A stretch of DNA of 63,520 nucleotides, filler included, from Hausera hauseri (lineage: Eukaryota): NCBI GenBank assembly GCA_046269625.1. It is 12 parts of 12 records of this genome, joined end to end, with 100 filler letters (N's around TTAATTAATTAA, not from the genome) between each part and the next. Parts side by side here need not be neighbours in the genome. Positions count along the whole stretch, not along the records: positions 1 to 4,907 come from JBJURY010395034.1; positions 5,008 to 9,675 come from JBJURY010482909.1; positions 9,776 to 19,709 come from JBJURY010265508.1; 9 more parts are not named here. One strand, given 5' to 3'. Positions 1 to 12,700 of this stretch are shown piece after piece. The position numbers and the translations under genes were made by a program. Position 1 is the first letter of the stretch. The number at the start of each line of letters is the position of its first letter. Under the pieces are notes generated by a model that was not told the origin of the DNA, searched no databases, and saw only the letters and a program-made list of their open reading frames with translations.

Positions 1-3000
1 ACCGCCCAAGGATTAATTAAGGCGCTAAAAACGGATCCAAAACAGAAACGAACAAAACGGAACTTAGAGAAGTTAATGGTAGAAATAGAGAATGCAGTAA
101 TCTATCACCTCAAAAATAAACCTATAAACGAATTGGATGAAAACGATTTTTTAATACTAGTCATAGAACCAGTAGACATTCCTCTCATAATAGAAATGTG
201 CAAGATCGCGTTCAACGCGCCCAAAGAATATACGGAAATAGAAATTCGATTAGTCTCGCAAGATAAAAGGCGCTCCGAAATCTACAAATGTAGGAATAAA
301 ATAACGTATGTAGTAAACCAAGAAGTACAAAACATAACAAAAACATGCATTTTAGAACTGGACGAATACAAGAAGGAAGTTAACTACGTTAAAGAAGTAA
401 TGGACTATATTAAGGGTCCAGACGATATATTGAACAACGTCTACGAACGATTAGAAAACGTAATAAACGCCAAACCAATGATAGATAGCCAACTCAAAGA
501 ATGGATTAAACTGCTAGACAGATTAATGGGTCTAACGAAATATCGTCTGAGGAAGTATTCAGAATCTGAACCGATATTAAAACAACAGCTAAAGGAAATA
601 CTCCGTAACCTGGATGCTTAAAAAAGAGAGGCCAACCTTCGAGTTGAATTTGACGCATTATTGAGACTAAGATTTATGAGTAAAGATCAAGAAATAAAAC
701 TTGGAGAAGAATTATATACTATGATCGAAGAAATGGAATTATCGACAAAACAGGAAAAGATCTCTTGCTTATCGATGAGACTAAAAGGTGTCCGCCGAGA
801 AGGCGTACGACATTTGGCAACAAGCCCCATAGATGAAATATCCGTATCTGATCTATCGACGTTGGATATCTCCCCAAATCATCGGATTGCGTTAGAAGAA
901 GTACTAAAATATCTACATCGCCCTTTTTAATGGGCATCAGATACCGACCAGAATGGTCACGCCGAATTAATAGAAATAACCAAAGATTATAGCCTCACAC
1001 CAGACAAAGTTAGATTCATAAAGAGACTGATTGAAGCAATAGACCAAGATTCGAAGACTCTAAAAGAAATGCGAAAAATAATATCACTACTATCGACAAT
1101 GGCAGAAATAAATGACGATGAGACGGGACAATTGACAACTCAAATTAAAGATATAGAAGAATTGCGAATTCGCACAAAGCAAAGAGCTACGAAGCTAGAT
1201 AAATTAGGCAAAGAATTGGAGACTTATAAAATTAAATATAAGATTACACAGTTAGAGTTAACGAATATAAGAGAATTGGTACAAAGATGGTTAACGGATG
1301 TAACGACCGAGTTAACAGATTACGAAAGAAAAGGGTTGTTCCCTACATATGAACTAGGGCCGACATTAAAAACAATACAACTTGCGTGTGGAAATGGAGT
1401 AGAGTTTCGAACTAATTTAATGAAAGAAGTACAGTTGAGATTAAACGAGGTATGCTAATATGTACAAAAAGCGTTTACGATATTGTTAGATTATGGACTT
1501 CCAGATATCACATACGACTCAGGATGAGATGCTTATTTGGAAGATGTGTACAACCAAAACCCAAAAACACCCATCCAACTTTAACAAATGAATATTCTTC
1601 CAACAGACCGACGATTTGGTACGGAGATGCTCTTAGATCCCGCAAGGGCTGAGAGAAAATTAATTGAGCAGATTAACGTCGATATGATGGACAGCAAACT
1701 GAGACAACTGATCCTTACAGTAACTAAACTATCGAGCGAAAATACCGTTTATAGCTCAGTACCCAGACTATTGATAAAGAAATATGCCAATTTCTTAAAA
1801 GTTAAACCCGAAACGGCGATTAAGGTAAAAATATCAGCTGAATGGATGGAATAGAGAAATTGAATGTACAACGATAACATCGGTTAGAGAGGTAAAACAA
1901 TAGATAGTACAAAACAGTGGGAAAGACGAAGTAAATTACCGATTATATTTCCGAGGTAAGATACCGGACGAACCTGAGCTACTAATAGATGTTGCAATGA
2001 TTCCAGAGGAATCAAATCTAATAGTGGCTATAATTACCAACGAACAGACAAAAGACGAGGCTGTAAGGAAAGTGAGAGATGAAGATTGCGTAGGACGTAT
2101 TATAGGAATCCGAGACCCTGTCATGCATTTTTGACTACCTCCAAAGTGAGGAAGATAAGGACCAATACGATAAGAATCTAGTACCGATTAGTGAAGCAAT
2201 ACCAACTGCGCTGAAGTAGAAACCATCAGTTGGAAGGCCGAGGAAAATAAGTGATGATATTGACCAAAATGCAGCCCTAATACGAGAACTAAGATAACTA
2301 TCCATGCCCGCGATTAACTCCGCTAACGAAAAATCAAACGATTTGCTGAGTAACATTATAAAAATAGTAAACTATTCGGGACTAAGAAACGAGATGTTAG
2401 ATGAAAAAGAAAAGGCAATATACGAAGCAGCAAGGATAATGAGAATATTTCGGTTCAAAATGAACAAAAGCAACTTACCTGATGAAGTTTTAATAGAGAA
2501 AATTATTGTAAAAAATACTGAGGAAGAATTAAGGAAAGTAATATTGTACTTGGCAATCAAAACAAATCCTCTAAAGGAAAATGAATTCAGTAGAACCATA
2601 GGATTGATCAGAAACGCTGATAGGAAGATACCTAGAGAGATAAATAGGTCCAAGCTATTTGACGATGAAGATGGAATCAGGCCGATAACTAGAATTGAAG
2701 ATGTGGTAAGAAATTTAATACCAACTAACTCAGTGCGAGACAGTGAATCAAGTTGGATGATTAAACTAATAACACTTATGATGTTAATAATACAACTCTA
2801 TGCAATCACGGTATATGACTGTGATAAGTTTAAAATAGGTTAAAAATATTCCTTGATGAATATGGAGTTGTGTGAGGATGCCAGACCCCACAAACTAGTA
2901 ACCATTGAAAAAAAGTATTTCTTGTATCAGAAACGCGAACTAATCGCAATAGACGGAATAGAGTGCATGTTACGATGATCGCGAAGCATTTTCCACTGCG

Positions 3001-4907
3001 GAAATATGCACGGGTATTCGTCAATTGTAAAACCAACTATACCGCTAATACCTATGGATTTAGATCGACAACAATGCAAACAAGCCAAAGAAACCGGAAG
3101 ATTGAGATGGGATGGGATGGAATTAGAAGCCCAACCAGGAAAGATAATTCGAGTGTATAAAGTAACAATTGGGAAATTAGACATGCACACCGGATACTGT
3201 AAAAGAGGTGAATACGATACAGGAAAGGGAAGAGAAGCAGGAATAGTAGTGGTCGATTTCTATAAGACAGGAATGAGAAACCAAAAGGTGATGTTTTATA
3301 GTGTTACAAAAACATATACAGAAAATCAGAAGTGTCATATCCAAGATGGTGCCTTTACTTTCCGGAATTCGATAGTTATTTGGACTCTACCATCTATTGA
3401 TGATTGTAACTTTATTAAAACAAAAGAGATAAACTTTAATGAAACCACGGGAAAAAGATATGTTGACACAACCGACAATAATGCCATGTCAAGGAAGGAT
3501 GTTGCTAAACAATCTACACCCACGATATTGATCTCCGAAAATCACGGATTAAAGTTCATTAAGAAGCAAATGCTTTCCCGATGTAATGTAGTAATGTACG
3601 CCACCAATTACAAAGCATTCTTTGTAGAAAAAGCTGCAATAACTACCTTTGCCCTGGAAACACAAGATGTAAGAATAGAAGATTATTTAAAGAATAGAAA
3701 TGACTACTTCTATTATAAAGGGCAATTTGACTAGCAAAGTTATATCATAAGATGATCTAAAATGACTGTAAATTGGATATGGAAATCATGGGGACCGAAC
3801 TAGCTTTAATATACGAAAATCCAGAACTAGCATCGCCAGTAATTCCAATGAAAGAAGGAATTTTTGGAAGAGTTACCGGAAAAGTCCTGTTGACATACGA
3901 ATGCGAAAAACGAGGTGTACCCCTAAATGTAGAAGAGAAACGTTGTATTCAAGAATTGCCAGTCATATATCAAAACGTACCCCGATTGGCGATGCCACTT
4001 ATAACAGTTTTGCTGGAAAACTCGACACAGCCAACACTTTTGAAATAATGTAAAGCAAGTTTAGGCGAACCTATGTTTAAGAGAAGTGAGCCAGATTGGG
4101 TAAGTCTGCCAAATGGAGGAATAATAGCTACGCCTGGCAAATTAACTGGAACAAATTTACTAAAGGGCATAACAGACGATAAGTTCGCTGACACTGCAAG
4201 TAAAGGGATATACAGACCAAAGGAAATTGAAGCTTTCAGACAATTCCTAGCCTTCCTTCGACAGCGCACACATGAGCTAAATAGAGCCATGTCAACGGTG
4301 ATGGATGACATTCGCTCTCAAGCAAAATGGGAATCCCTACTTGGCGTCAATCATTACCAAAGAGTTACTACAGAAATACTATATAAAATTTGTAAAAGAC
4401 TTTTAATTTTCGGACAAGCTGCATCAAGATTTTTAGCCATTTATTTCATGCTACAAATCGTAAAGGCTATAATTCAATCTATCATAAATGGCTATGAAAT
4501 ATTTTCTCTAACCGGATTTTCATGCAAAATTTTGACCGCGATCATAACTCCGTTCGGAAAATTTTTGAAGGCTTACGAAGAAAACAAATGAAAAAGCGAC
4601 GTGGGGAGACACGTTGGTTATTATAATCGGAAACGAAAGAGAAAACCTATATTTTTTACAGGACAGAGAAATACAAAATTTCGAAGAAACGATTCGGTTG
4701 ATGAGCCTAAGGGAGGAGACGCGGTCTCCAAGATAAGCAATCGTAAGACGCTTAGGCCGCCTTTGCCAATGCTGGCCCCTTCGGCACCGCAATACGAAGA
4801 CAGTGAAAAGAGATCTATTAACTCCTATAGTTCGGAAATCTATTTAAGCCTTTCAGTTACGAAGATCCCTATGAAGGGACAAAACAATACGGCGTGTTAC
4901 GAAAAAT
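1..4907 (+). pseudogene. Decayed viral/retroelement polyprotein, copy 1: helical/SAM-like region, ubiquitin-like domain, AT-hook, signal peptide, chuvirus-like glycoprotein, tail
   Basis: ORFs 76-621, 661-930, 1069-1458 and 1588-1854 share one frame; frameshifts fall near 1850, 2135 and 3728. The region is colinear and homologous with 5008-9675 throughout. Confidence 0.85.
2754..4860 (+). pseudogene. Chuvirus-like (Jingchuvirales/Monjiviricetes-type) fusion glycoprotein, copy 1
   Basis: Hydrophobic WMIKLITLMMLIIQLYA precedes ITVYDC. Motifs FHCGNMHGYSSIV..CKQAKETG, GKVLLTYEC..RCIQELPV and SKGIYRPKEIEAFRQFL, plus the membrane-proximal FGQAASRFLAIYFMLQIVKAII..INGY, follow the order I recall for chuvirus G and its endogenous copies. 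Confidence 0.8.
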
Positions 4908-5007
4908 NNNNNNNNNNNNNNNNNNNNNNNNNNNNNNNNNNNNNNNNNNNNTTAATTAATTAANNNNNNNNNNNNNNNNNNNNNNNNNNNNNNNNNNNNN
5001 NNNNNNN
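4908..5007. other. Artificial contig-joining spacer (44N + TTAATTAATTAA + 44N); also at 9676-9775, 19710-19809, 24021-24120, 28733-28832, 33126-33225, 37480-37579, 42222-42321, 48447-48546, 54448-54547, 58714-58813
   Basis: The same 100-bp block occurs 11 times. TTAATTAATTAA puts stops in all six frames, and sequence content changes abruptly across most spacers. Confidence 0.98.
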
Positions 5008-8000
5008 AGAAAACCCAAAATTAAAGAGAACGGCTTATAGTCTAGAGCGTATGATGGATGAAATCAGCCATGCAATGATTCACCGGCTTAGAGAAAAACC
5101 GGTTAGCGATCGAATTAATGTCGATTTAGAAATATTGGGTATAGACCCAGTAGATATTCCTCCCTTGATGGAGATGATAAAAATCGCATTTACGGTATCT
5201 AGACACTATACAAACCTAGAAAATCGAATCAAAATAGACAATGAAACACGACCACAGAATTATAGCTTGAGAAATCGAATTATGTTCCCAAAGGCGACTC
5301 AATACGTAGTAAAGGCTTGTATTGTAGAATTGGACAAGTATAAGGATTAGTTTAATTATGTCGGCCGGATTATAAATTTTCTAAGAGGGCCGGACGATGA
5401 GTTAAAAGATGCATATAAGATGTTAGATAAGGCTATAATGGCAAAACCAATTATCGCAGATCAATTGTCGTAGTGGTCCGAATTAGTAACGCGACTAAGC
5501 AAATTGGCAGAAGACCGCAAAACAGAATTTCCGCAAAGCGAGCCAATGGTAAAGAAGCAACTGGAAGAAAGTGCACATGATTTAGAAATAAACATTCATA
5601 CTCAAATTGAAGCGTTGTGGCGGCTAAAATTGATGAAAAAGGAACAAGAAGCATCGATATTGTAGATTTAGAAACTGATCGAAGAGATGAACTTTGCGGA
5701 AATGCGGAATATGATTTACGATGTAAACTAAAGGTTAAGGGTTGTTCGATTAGAAGGAGTCCAACACTTAACGCATAAACATATCGACGAGATCTCTGTC
5801 CAAGATATTGAAACTTTAGACATCTGTCTGGGACATAGAGATACGTTAACGGATGAAATAAAATTTTTGCATAAACCACAATAATGGATGGTCGGATCAG
5901 ATCAGGATTTCCATACTAAGTTGACAAAAATAAGAGACGACCCACATTTTAGTTTTCAGGAATACAAGTTCGCGAAGAAATTGTAGGATGCAATGGACCC
6001 TGACTCAAAAGTTATAAATGAGATGTATGAGCTAGCCTATCTATTGGTAGAAATGGTGGAGATCAACGATGACAGAATGAGGCAATTGATGCCCAAGATA
6101 CAAAAAGTAGAAGAAACATGTATCAAAACGAAACAAAGAGCGACAATGTTAGACGAAATAACAAAAGAGCTCGAAGTCTATCGAAAAAAATATGCTTTTA
6201 CTGAGTCAGAGATTAAAAACAAACAAGAATTTGTAAAAAGATGGCAAAGAAATGTAATTATAGAATTAATGGATTACCACCAAAAAGGATTCGTCGATCC
6301 TAATGAATTAGGCGAGCTATTGAAATTGATCCAGTATGTCTATGGAAACGGCATAAGTTTCAGAACTACGCAGATGAAATGAATGCAACCAAGATTAAAG
6401 GAAATTAGAGAAAATGTACAGAGAGCAAAGACGGATTTGATAGACCCCGGATCCCCAGAGACCGTAAATGAACCAGAATGGGATGCATACTTTGACGCAA
6501 TACTTGCCGAAAAGCCGGTGACTCCAGTACAACTAAACGAGATAGAAACATATTCGCAGGACAGGAGATTCAATGTAGAGATGCTCCTGGATTCAGCGCT
6601 AACTGAAAAAGATTTAATCGAACTAATTAACGTCAATATTATCGAACATAATTTAAGACGACGTATTCCGACGTTAACTAAATTATCTAGCGAGAATACG
6701 ATTTGTAGCACTGTGCCGAAACTTTTGCTAAGGAAGTAAGCTAAAATCTTGAGGGCTAAACATGAAGTAACGAGAAAAGTAATGGTATCATCCTAATTGG
6801 TGGACGAAAAAGAATGCTAATTAACTACACATTCCTATGTGAGAGACGTGAGAGAATGGCTAGTAAACAACGGCGGAACAAACGCGTTAAACTACAGATT
6901 TTACTTTAGAGGTAGAATACTCAATGACATAGAACAACTAATAGATGTTGGAATTATTCCCGACGAAACGAATCGGATAGTGACAGTAATAGCTAATGAA
7001 AAGACAAAATAAAAAGCTACACGTAAAGCCAGAACGGAGCAATGCGTAGGACAAACTATGAGAGTTCGAAATGCTGCAATGTATTTTGAGTACTTACAAA
7101 CGGATGAAGACAAGGAACAATACGACATAAATTTAGAGACATTGAGTGAAACGACCACTAAGAGACAAAGGCCGAAACGTCCAGTTGGTAGGCCTAAAAA
7201 AACGCCAGAAAAAGTAAACTATAATGGAGAATTGATTAGAGAATTGAGGCAGATGTCGATTCCGACTCTCAGTACGGATAATGAAGAATTAAGCAAGTTA
7301 ATGAAGAATTTAGTACGAATCGTAAATTATTCCAGTCTTCGAGGTGACGTATTAGACGATAAAGAAAAGATAATATTCAATGCAGCTAAAATGATGCGAA
7401 GTTCACGTTTTAGGCTATCGAAAAGTAACTTGACCGATGAATTGATAATCAAAAAGATTATGGTAGAGAACGCCAATGAGGAATTGAGGAAAGTATTATT
7501 ATATTTAGCTATCACGATAAACTCTAACTGAGAGAATGAAATTAATAGGGCTATAAGCTTAGCACGAAAGGCAGCAAGGGGAATGCCTTGCGAAGTAAAT
7601 TGGTCAAGGCTGTTTGACAAGGAACACGATAAACGAGATAGTAATAAATTCGACGATATATTACGCAATTTAACGACGACGGATGTCAGCCATCGGTAAA
7701 ATGAGTCAAATTGGTTAATCAGCCTACTCACCTTAATGATGCTAATAAAACACATAAGCGCAGTTACCGTCTATTATTGCAATAAGTTTAAATTAGGACA
7801 GAGATATTCTCTAATGGATTTGGAAGTATGCGAAGATGGCAGATCTCTCAAGTTGGAAACAAGAGCGAAAAATTACTTCCTGTACCAACAACAAGAAGTG
7901 ATATCGTTAGATGGAATGGAGTGCATGTTAAGACGATCTCGAAGTATTTTTCACTGTGGGCTAGTACATGGACATTCCTCTATAATCAAGCCAACAACTC

Positions 8001-9675
8001 CGCTAATTCCCATGAACTTAGAACGCCAGAACTTCAAACAAGCCAAGGAAACTGAATGAGTACAATGGGACAGTATGCAATTAGAAATGCAACCAGGAAA
8101 GATAATTAGGGCATACAAGGTAGTGGCCGGAAGATTAAATATGCATAGCAGACATTGTTACGGTGCAGAATACGATACCGGAAAAGGATTACAATCGAAT
8201 GTGGTAGTCGTAGATTTTTACGAATCAGAGATGCGGTCACAAAAAGTAATGTTCCATAGTGTCACCAAGTTATACACCGACAATCAAAAATGCCGCTTAC
8301 AAGAAGGAACCTGCGCTTTTAGATGTTATGTTATAATATGGGAACCTCCGTCTGGAAGAAGCCGTAATTTTATTAAAATTAAAGAGTTAAAGTTTAATGA
8401 AACTACCGGAAAACGATATGTGGATAAATTTGAGACTAATTTAAGGACGCGCGAAGACGTATCGGAACATCCTATCCCCACCATATTGATTTCGGATCAG
8501 CATGGACTGAAATTTATAAAAAGGAAATGATGTCCCTTTGTGATGTAATAATATGTTCGCCACAAACTATGAAGCGTTTTTCGTAGCCGAAACGGAAATA
8601 AACGCAAAAACCTACAAATTAGAAACGCAGGATGTCCGAATTGAAGATTACCTGAAAAACAGAGACGACTACTTCTATTACAAAGAGCAAGTTGGAATAA
8701 TGGAACTATATCACAAAATTATAATGAATGACTGCAAATTAGATACTGAAAATATGAGGACTAAATTGGCTTTCATATATGCCAACCCAGAGTTAGCTTC
8801 TCCCATAATTCCTATGAGAGAGAGAATTTTCGGTTGAGTTACGGGCGACGTATTGTTAACTAACGAGTGTGAAAAAAGAGATGTACCCACCAATGTGGAA
8901 AAAAACGCTGCATTCGGGAACTTCCTGTTATTTATCAGAATACTCCGAGATTAGTTACACCGTTGACGAGAGTGTTGTTGGATAACGCGACACAACCAAT
9001 CATTCTCAAGTATTGTAAAGCAAGCTTAGGAGAACCCATGTTTAGACGAAGTGAGACAGACTGGGTTAGTTTGACTAATGGAGGTATTACTGCCGCTCCA
9101 AGTAAATTAACAGAGACAAATTTTGCGAAAGGAATTACAGACGATAAATTTCAAGACACCTCCTCGAAGGGCATATACAGGCCGAAGGAGATCGAAGCTT
9201 TCAGACAATTTCTCGCTTTTCCGCGACAGCGGACACATGAATTAAACTGAGTCGTGGCCTCTGTAGTAGAAGGTACCCAATTTCAAGCTAAATGGGGATC
9301 TTTACTCGGCGTAAACCACTATCAACGAGTAACAACCGAAATACTTTACAAAATGTGGGGAAGATTTTTGATATTCGGATAAACCGCATCCGGATTCTTA
9401 GAGACACATTTTCTGATACAGATGATAAAAGCAGTAATCCAAGCAGTAATAAATGGCTATGAGATATTTACATTAACTGTATTTTCATGTAGAATATGGA
9501 CTGCAATTATAACGCCCTTTGGAAAATTTTTAAAATCATACGAAGAAAATAAATGGAAATCGGACGTATAACGCCATGTTGGATATTATCATCGTAAATG
9601 AAAAAGAAAGCCTACATTCTTGTACAAGCGGAAACTCATGAAACGCAGTACGCGAAGAAATAATTGCAGTCCATA
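5008..9675 (+). pseudogene. Decayed viral/retroelement polyprotein, copy 2 (divergent paralog of 1-4907)
   Basis: ORFs at 5051, 5993, 6383, 7058, 7736 and 8075 lie in one frame, separated by in-frame stops. Translations align with copy 1 (e.g. LETQDVRIEDYLKNR, KGIYRPKEIEAFRQFLAF). Confidence 0.85.
7712..9675 (+). pseudogene. Chuvirus-like fusion glycoprotein, copy 2
   Basis: WLISLLTLMMLIKHISA-VTVYYC, IFHCGLVHGHSSII, ELPVIYQN, KGIYRPKEIEAFRQFLAFPRQR and MWGRFLIFG; multiple stops and frameshifts. Confidence 0.8.
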
Positions 9676-9775
9676 NNNNNNNNNNNNNNNNNNNNNNNNN
9701 NNNNNNNNNNNNNNNNNNNTTAATTAATTAANNNNNNNNNNNNNNNNNNNNNNNNNNNNNNNNNNNNNNNNNNNN

Positions 9776-12700
9776 CACGTACCGAATGAAATATGGTATA
9801 ACGTGAAAATCACTTCACATCACGTGACCAATCATAGGTTATAACGTGGCAAGTCACTTGACATCACGTGACCAATTATATGATATAACGTGCAAATCAC
9901 TTGACATCACGTGATCAATCATAAGACACAACGTGACAAATCACTTGACTTTACGTGACCAATCACATGATATAACGTGACAAATCACTTGACATCACGT
10001 GACTAATCATATGATATAACGCGAAAAATTACTTGACATAACGTCCCGAATCATATTTCATAACGTTACAAATCACTTGATATCACTTGAACAATCATAT
10101 GATATAACGTGACAAATCACTTGACGTCACGTGGCCAATCATATGACATAACGTGACAAATCATTTGACATCACGTGACCAATTATATTATATAACGTGA
10201 CAAATCACTTGACATCGCGTAACTAATCATATAATACAACGTGACAATTATTTGACATAACGGCCCCAATCATGTGGTATAACGAAACAAATAATTTGTC
10301 ATGACGTGAACACTCATATGACATAACGTGACAAATCACTTGACATCACGTGACCAATCATATGACATAACTTGACAAATGACTTGACATCACGTGAACA
10401 ATCATATGATCTAACGTGACAGATCACTTGACATTACGTGACCAATCATATGATATAACGTGACAAATCATTTGATATCACGGGACCAATCATATGGTAT
10501 AACGTGACAAATCACTTCATTTCACGTAACCAATCATATGGTATAACGTGACTAATTACTTGACATCACGTGACCAATCATATGATATAACGTTACAAAT
10601 CATTTGATATCACGTGACTGATCATATGATATAACTTGAAAAATTATTTGACATCACGTGCCCAATCATATGGTATAACGTGACAATTCACTTGACATCA
10701 CGTGACCAATTATATGACATAACGTGACAAATCACTTGATATCACGCGACGAAACATATGACATGACGTGACAAATTATTTGATATAACGTTACAATCAT
10801 ATGTTATAACGTGACAAATCACTTGACATCACGTGACCAATCATATGGTGTAACGTGACAAATCACTTGACATCACGTGACCAATCATATGACATAACGG
10901 GACAAATCAATTGACATCACGTGACTAATCATATGAAATAACGTGAGAAGTTACTGAACATCACGTACATAATCAAAAGACATAACGGGACAAATCACTT
11001 GATATCACTTCACCAATCATATGGTATAACTTGACACATCTCTAGACTTCACGTACCGAATGAAATATGGTATAACGTGAAAATCACTTCACATCACGTG
11101 ACCAATCATAGGTTATAACGTGGCAAATCACTTGACATCACGTGATCAATCATAAGACACAACGTGACAAATCACTTGACTTTTCGTGACCAATCACATG
11201 ATATAACGTGACAAATCACTTGACATCACGTGACTAATCATATGATATAACGTGAAAAATTACTTGTCGTCACGTCCCCAATCATATGTTATAACGAGAC
11301 AAATCACTTGATATCACGTTAACAATCATAAGACATAACGGGACAAATCACTTGACATCACGTGACTAATCATATGAAATAACGTGAAAAGTTACTGTAT
11401 GTCACGCCCCGAATCAAAAGACATAACGGGACAAATCACTTGATATCACGTCACCAATCATATGGTATAATGTGACACATCACTTGACTTCACGTACCGA
11501 ATCATATGGTATAAGGTGACAAATCATTTGACGTCACGTGACCAATCATAGGTTATAACGTGGCAAATCACTTGACATCACGTGATCAGTCATATGATAT
11601 AACGTGACAAATCACTTGATATCATATGACTAATCATATGACATAACGTGAAAAATTACTTGTCGTCACGTCCCCAATCATATGGTATAAGGTGACAAAT
11701 CACTTGACTTCACGTAACCAATAATATGGTATAACGTGACTAAACACTTGACATCACGTGACCAATCGTATGATATAATGTGGCAAATCACTTGACATCA
11801 CGTGACTAATCATATGACATAACGTAAAAAATTACTTGACATGCCGTCCCCAATCATATGGTATAACGTGAAAAATCACTTGACATCACGTCACCAATCA
11901 TATGACATAAGGTTACAATTCACTTGACATCACGTGAACGATAATAAGACATAACGGGACAAATCTCTTGATATCACGTCACCAATCATATGGTATAACG
12001 TGACAAAACACTTGACATCACGTGACCAATTATATGACATAACGTGACAAATCACTTGATATCACGCGACCAATCATATGACATGACGTGACAAATTACT
12101 TGGTATAACGTTACCAATCATATATTGTAACGTGAAAAATCACTTGACATCACGTGACCAATCATATAATGTAACGTGACAAATCATTTGACGTCACGTG
12201 ACCAATCATATGACACAACCGGACAAATAACTTGATATCACGCGACCAATCATATGATATGACGTGACAAATTACTTGATATAACGTCACCAATCATATG
12301 GCATAACGTGACAAATCACTTGACATCACGTGACAAATCATATTATATAACGGGACAAATCACTTGATATCACGTCACCAATCATACGTTATAAAGTGAC
12401 AAATCATTTGACATCACGTGACTAATTATATGATATAACGTGACAAATCACTTGACATCACGTCACCAATCTTACTTTATAATGTGACAAATCATTTGAC
12501 TTAACGTCCCCAAACATATGGTATAAAGCGAAAAGTCAATTGTTATGACGTGACCAATCATATGATATAATGTGACAAATCACTAGATTTCACATCACTA
12601 ATCATATGGTATAACGTGACAAATCACTTGACATCACGTGACCAATCATATGACATAACGTGACAAATCACTTCATATGACGTGACCAATCACAAGATAT

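Noticed and set aside
2095-2120. IIGIRD as a fourth pseudo-exonuclease copy
   Set aside because: Not conserved in copy 2 (TMRVRN), and the upstream sequence fits a UBL rather than the exo pattern.
4870-4907. LTR start (TGTTACG) after the glycoprotein
   Set aside because: No clean polypurine tract directly precedes it and only ~14 nt remain before the gap.
4908-5007. Biological TTAATTAATTAA motif, or tandem arrangement of the two glycoprotein elements
   Set aside because: It is an assembly linker; contig order carries no information, and ORFs running into X residues are artefacts.
5008-9675. Alternative genetic code explaining the many in-frame stops
   Set aside because: All three stop types occur, they replace different residues (E, Q, R, W, Y) and they coexist with frameshifts, which fits neutral decay.
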